From Actinomycetota bacterium (GTDB lineage Bacteria; Actinomycetota; Actinomycetes; Mycobacteriales; Jatrophihabitantaceae): 49,568 bases of DNA. Position numbers and translations under genes: made by a program. The stretch spans positions 1 through 49,568 of the forward strand of contig JBKPQM010000039.1 of NCBI GenBank assembly GCA_046734095.1, read 5' to 3'. Shown in pieces: positions 46,083 to 49,568 of this stretch; the stretch's first letter is position 1; every line of letters starts with the position of its first letter. The notes below the pieces were generated by a model. It was given only the letters and a program-made list of their open reading frames with translations. It did no database searches and had not been told where the DNA came from.

Positions 46083-47084
46083 CTACCGGTGGGTGTCCGG
46101 CGTCGGGATCGGAACCGTCGCGACGACCTTCGACAACACGTCCTCGGCGGTGCGCCCTCCGATGCTGGCATCGGCGGTGAGCAGCAGCCGGTGGGCCAGC
46201 ACTGGCCCGGTCAGCGCCTGCAGGTCGTCCGGGATGACGTAGTCGCGTCCGTCCAGGGCAGCCCACGCCTTGGACGCACGCAGCAGCTGCAGTGTGGCGC
46301 GGGGAGAGGCACCGAGGCGCACGTCAGCCGCCCGTCGGGTGGCCTCGGCGAGGTCGACGGCGTAGCCCTTGATGCCTTCGGCCACGTGCACCGCGTGGAC
46401 GCGGTCGATCAGTGACCGGACCTCGGCGGCATCCGACACCGGCCGGAGCGTTTCGAGCGGGTCGCCCGCGGCATGCTCGGCCAGCATGGCGATCTCCGCT
46501 ACGCGGTCGGGGTAGCCCATCGAGATTCGGGCGGTGAACCGGTCGCGCTGAGCCTCGGGCAGTGGATAGGTGCCCTCCATGTCGATGGGATTCTGGGTGG
46601 CCAGCACGAGGAACGGCGCTTCGAGTGGGTAGGTGACGCCGTCGACAGTGACCTGGCGTTCCTCCATGCATTCGAGCAGGGCCGCCTGGGTCTTCGGAGA
46701 CGCTCGGTTGATCTCGTCGCCGACGACGATGTTGGCGAAGACGGGGCCGGGCTTGAACTCGAAGTCGCGCGATTCGGAGTTGTAGACGCTGACGCCGGTG
46801 ACGTCGCTGGGCAGCAGATCCGGGGTGAACTGCACCCGTCGCACGGAACTGTCGATCGATCTGGCCAGTGCCTTGGCGAACTTGGTTTTGCCGACGCCGG
46901 GAACGTCTTCGATCAGTAGGTGCCCCTCGGCGAGCAGCACGGCAAAGCCGAGGCGAATCGTGCTCACCTTACCCTCGATGACCTGCTCGATGTTGGCGAC
47001 GATCCGCTCGCCCGCGGAGCGGACCGCGCTGATGTCGTCAAGGTCCTCCACAGCCTGCAACCCTGCCCCCACCTGATCCACCAC
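46083..47084 (-). CDS. MoxR-like AAA+ ATPase
   Basis: Walker A is LIEDVPGVGKT and Walker B is FANIVVGDEINRASPKTQ. LATQNP and PEAQRDRF are also present. Confidence 0.9.
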   Translation of the reverse strand: MVDQVGAGLQAVEDLDDISAVRSAGERIVANIEQVIEGKVSTIRLGFAVLLAEGHLLIEDVPGVGKTKFAKALARSIDSSVRRVQFTPDLLPSDVTGVSVYNSESRDFEFKPGPVFANIVVGDEINRASPKTQAALLECMEERQVTVDGVTYPLEAPFLVLATQNPIDMEGTYPLPEAQRDRFTARISMGYPDRVAEIAMLAEHAAGDPLETLRPVSDAAEVRSLIDRVHAVHVAEGIKGYAVDLAEATRRAADVRLGASPRATLQLLRASKAWAALDGRDYVIPDDLQALTGPVLAHRLLLTADASIGGRTAEDVLSKVVATVPIPTPDTHR

Positions 47085-47254
47085 CTGCTGCTCCCACGGC
47101 GCCGTTCGGCTGCGGCGTCGGGTGCGCCGCGTTCACGTGGAGTATCCCCGAGTCCGGAAACACAACGGTAACGCCGGCCGCCGTAAGCCCGGCTCCCCCA
47201 CCCGGCTAAGGCCTGGATTTGCTGGGCCGAAGCGATCACGACGCACCGGGAAGA

Positions 47255-47307
47255 GTGGGCTCTTCGTTGACGGTGGATGGAAGTGGGGTACGGTGGGGGA
47301 TCGTGGG
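47255..47307 (+). promoter_or_regulatory. GTGGG direct repeats, candidate MraZ operator
   Basis: GTGGG lies at 47283, 47293 and 47303 (exact 10-bp phasing), with a further GTGGG at 47255. All are within 90 bp upstream of the mraZ start. Confidence 0.55.
47267..47294 (+). promoter_or_regulatory. Candidate housekeeping-type promoter of the dcw cluster (TTGACG-N16-TACGGT)
   Basis: TTGACG lies at 47267-47272 and TACGGT (a TANNNT pattern) at 47289-47294. This is a motif match only, with no transcript data. Confidence 0.3.
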
Positions 47308-47339
47308 GGCAGCGGGCGGTGGCGTGAGGGGTGGTGCGA

Positions 47340-47771
47340 GTGTTTCTCGGGACGCACACACCACGCCTCGACGACAAGGGACGGCTCGCGCTGCCGGCGA
47401 AGTTCCGCCCCGAGCTCGACAGCGGCCTGGTGATCACGAAGGGCCAGGAGAGGTGCCTGTTCGTGTTCCCGATCATCGAGTTCAACCGGCTTACCGAGCT
47501 GCTGCGCACCGCGCCGGTCACCGATCGCCGAGTGCGCGACTACAGCCGCATCTTCTTCGCGAGCGCCTCGCAGGAGGTGCCCGACGCCCAGGGCCGCATC
47601 ACGGTGCCGCAGCAACTGCGCCAGTACGCCGGGCTGACCAAGGACAGCGTCGTCATCGGTGCCAACACGAGGGTCGAAGTTTGGGACGCCCGGGCCTGGC
47701 AGGAGTACCTGGACAGCAGCGAGCAGGCCTTTGCCGACGCCGAAGAGGAGGTGCTGCCGGGGCTGCTCTGA
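47340..47771 (+). CDS. mraZ: Transcriptional regulator MraZ
   Basis: [22 protein letters not shown] is followed by the second half-repeat [18 protein letters not shown] 47340 gives the canonical 143 aa. Confidence 0.9.
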   Translation: MFLGTHTPRLDDKGRLALPAKFRPELDSGLVITKGQERCLFVFPIIEFNRLTELLRTAPVTDRRVRDYSRIFFASASQEVPDAQGRITVPQQLRQYAGLTKDSVVIGANTRVEVWDARAWQEYLDSSEQAFADAEEEVLPGLL

Positions 47772-47793
47772 GCGTGCGGCCCGACGCTCGAGC

Positions 47794-47900
47794 GTGACGT
47801 CCGATCCGGCCTCCTCCCGTCGCCGGCCCTCACTTGGCGTACCTTCCCCGGCGCCAAGCGGGAGTTCGCGCCGACGGGCGGGGACCCGATCGGACGTCAC
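47794..47900 (+). repeat. 13-bp perfect inverted repeat bracketing most of the mraZ-rsmH spacer
   Basis: GTGACGTCCGATC (47794-47806) pairs with GATCGGACGTCAC (47888-47900). An inner 7-bp pair is CTTGGCG (47833-47839) / CGCCAAG (47852-47858). Confidence 0.7.
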
Positions 47901-47929
47901 CGACGCCGACAGGGGAGGAGGTGGCGCTG

Positions 47930-48865
47930 ATGGACGAACACGTGCCGGTCATGCTCGACCGCGTGCTGGCGTTGCTCGCGCCGGCGCTGTCCGGACGGCC
48001 CGCGGTTGTCGTCGACGCGACTGTCGGGCTCGGCGGCCACGCCGAGGCGCTGCTCGCGGCTCATCCGCAGCTCACCCTGGTCGGCCTCGACCGCGATCAG
48101 GCGGCCCTCGACCGCAGTCAGCAGCGTCTGGCGCCGTACCGCGAGCGGCTGCACCTTGTGCACGCCGTCTACGACCGGATGCCGGCGGTGCTCGCTTCGC
48201 TCGGGTTTCCCCGGGTCGACGGTGTGTTGTTCGACCTGGGCGTCTCGTCGATGCAGCTTGACCGGCCCGAGCGTGGATTCGCCTACGCCCACGACGCGCC
48301 GCTGGACATGAGGATGGACCAGACCTCCGGGCGTACCGCGGCCGACGTCGTCAACACCTACCCGGTCGCGGCGTTGGCTCGCGTGCTTCGCGAGTACGGC
48401 GAGGAGCGGTTCGCGGCACGGATCGCCGCGGCGATCGCGCGCGAGCGGCCACTGACGTCGACCGCGCGACTCGCCGAGCTCGTGCGGACGTCCATTCCCG
48501 CGCCGGCGCGGCGTACCGGTGGGCATCCGGCGAAGCGCACCTTCCAGGCGCTGCGCATCGAAGTCAACGCCGAGTTGGACGCGCTCCGGGCGGCGCTACC
48601 CGAGGCGATCGCTGCTCTGCGCGTGGCGGGCCGCATCGTTGTGCTCTCCTACCAATCGCTCGAAGATCGCCTCGTCAAGCAGGCATTCGCGGCACTGGCC
48701 ACCGACGCGACGCCGCCGGAGCTGCCGGTGCCGATCGCCGCGTACGGACCCCAGCTGCGGCTACTGGCCCGCGGCGAGGTACCCACGTCCGCCGAAGTCG
48801 CGGCCAACGCACGAGCCGCGTCGGCACGGCTGCGGGCCGCCGAGCGGATCCGGGAGCCGGCATGA
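47930..48865 (+). CDS. rsmH: 16S rRNA (cytosine1402-N4)-methyltransferase
   Basis: Motifs are [32 protein letters not shown] and [14 protein letters not shown] 47930 follows GGGGAGGAGG. A longer N-terminus from TTG 47834 cannot be excluded. Confidence 0.9.
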   Translation: MDEHVPVMLDRVLALLAPALSGRPAVVVDATVGLGGHAEALLAAHPQLTLVGLDRDQAALDRSQQRLAPYRERLHLVHAVYDRMPAVLASLGFPRVDGVLFDLGVSSMQLDRPERGFAYAHDAPLDMRMDQTSGRTAADVVNTYPVAALARVLREYGEERFAARIAAAIARERPLTSTARLAELVRTSIPAPARRTGGHPAKRTFQALRIEVNAELDALRAALPEAIAALRVAGRIVVLSYQSLEDRLVKQAFAALATDATPPELPVPIAAYGPQLRLLARGEVPTSAEVAANARAASARLRAAERIREPA

Positions 48866-48881
48866 CCAGCGCACTCATTCC

Positions 48882-48952
48882 GTTGAGTGGCGCGTTATCG
48901 CTCGAGTGGTGCGTTATCGCCCACCACTCGACGCGGAACGCACCACTCAACT
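48882..48952 (+). repeat. Nested inverted and direct repeat element between rsmH and the ftsL-like gene
   Basis: The outer arms are GTTGAGTGGCGCGTT (48882-48896) / AACGCACCACTCAAC (48938-48952), matching 14 of 15. The inner arms are TCGAGTGGTG (48902-48911) / CACCACTCGA (48922-48931). The direct repeat is GAGTGG(C/T)GCGTTATCGC at 48885 and 48904. Confidence 0.7.
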
Positions 48953-48971
48953 GGCTGGCCGGGGGTGCCCG

Positions 48972-49421
48972 GTGAGCGCACCGCGCCGGATGCCGTTCAT
49001 CTTGCTGTTCGCGGCCCTGCTCGTCGGCGGCCTGTGCGCGCTGCTCGCCCTCAACACCGCCGCCGCGGCCGCCGAGCTGCGCCGGCAGTCGCTGATCCAG
49101 GCCAACGGCAACGCAGCGGACAGCGTGCAGCAACTCAAAGCAGAGCTCGCCGCGCGGGAGGCTCCGGCGGCGCTGAGCACAGCGGCGGCCGCGCTCGGAA
49201 TGGTGCCCGCCGACCATCCAGCCTTCCTGCGCATCCAGCCAAACGGTGGCGTCACTGTGGTTGGGTCGGCAGCGCCCGCCGCCCCCACCCCGAGGCCGAC
49301 GCGGACACCCGCCTCCACCCCGGCCAGGGCGCCGACGCCGAACCGGAACGCGGCGCCGAGGCCGACGACCGGGCCACGCAAGCCGACCGCGACACCTACG
49401 CCGACCGGCAGGCGCCGGTGA
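48972..49421 (+). CDS. FtsL-like septation protein (single TM, coiled region, Pro/Thr-rich tail)
   Basis: It sits between rsmH and the ftsI-like gene. The TM segment is MPFILLFAALLVGGLCALLALN, followed by AAAAAELRRQSL...QQLKAELA. The start is GTG 48972 or ATG 48990. Confidence 0.6.
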   Translation: MSAPRRMPFILLFAALLVGGLCALLALNTAAAAAELRRQSLIQANGNAADSVQQLKAELAAREAPAALSTAAAALGMVPADHPAFLRIQPNGGVTVVGSAAPAAPTPRPTRTPASTPARAPTPNRNAAPRPTTGPRKPTATPTPTGRRR

Positions 49422-49568
49422 CCCCGCCACCCGATCACCGCCAGCCCCGGCGCCCGTCGGGAGCAACGGGGCGCCCATATGCCCCGACCGCCCGCCCACA
49501 GACTCCGACGGGCCGCCCGTCCGGCGCAACCGCTCGTCCGCCGGCTGGTGCCGCTCGCTCTCCCGGCG
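49418..49568 (+). CDS. 5' end of a probable FtsI/PBP-type gene (runs off the window)
   Basis: GTG 49418 overlaps the ftsL-like stop (GTGA). The frame stays open to the window end and encodes an Arg/Pro-rich N-terminus. The call rests on dcw gene order only. Confidence 0.35.
   Translation, partial: MTPPPDHRQPRRPSGATGRPYAPTARPQTPTGRPSGATARPPAGAARSPG

Overview
Very GC-rich chromosomal segment (third codon positions almost all G/C) with actinobacterial gene content. Gene order resembles the region upstream of the dcw cell-division cluster in Mycobacterium tuberculosis (Rv2165c-Rv2178c: rsmH, mraZ, idsA, metF-like, GNAT, Rv2175c, pknL, aroG). Layout: (i) 5-8675, a co-directional secreted module with a beta-helix protein, three tandem multicopper-oxidase (MCO) paralogs, a membrane-anchored protein and an S8 subtilase with a triplicated C-terminal domain. 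(ii) 8685-18515, pirin, a B3/4-domain protein, two DAHP synthases of different classes flanking threonine aldolase, a PknL-type kinase with 4 PASTA repeats, two methyltransferase-like genes and an Rv2175c-like DNA-binding protein. (iii) 18632-30426, carotenoid genes in two blocks (crtYc-crtYd / crtB-crtI-idsA, and crtD-like / GT2 / CruF-like / GNAT / CrtA-like). These blocks are separated by metF, a CDP-alcohol transferase, a RES-Xre toxin-antitoxin pair and a GC-rich repeat cluster. (iv) 30436-39307, an APC permease, YbaK, and a divergent sulfate-assimilation regulon (cysH, small cysX-like ORF, sirA versus cysC-cysD-cysN-cysG). (v) 39329-47084, a HEPN-like protein, a methyltransferase, dinB, DUF3040 and MoxR-DUF58-transglutaminase. 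(vi) 47340 to the window end, the start of the dcw cluster (mraZ, rsmH, ftsL-like, 5' end of ftsI-like). I saw no rRNA, tRNA, CRISPR array, transposase or integrase. The most unusual signal is the MCO trio. Its copper-ligand motifs are distributed in a complementary way between two paralogs and are absent from the third, which suggests a heteromeric oxidase. Other notable signals are a dispersed intergenic repeat family, a 56-aa zinc-ribbon ORF missing from the ORF track, GTGGG operator repeats upstream of mraZ, and structured spacers inside the dcw cluster. All functional calls come from motif recognition by eye; no database search was run.
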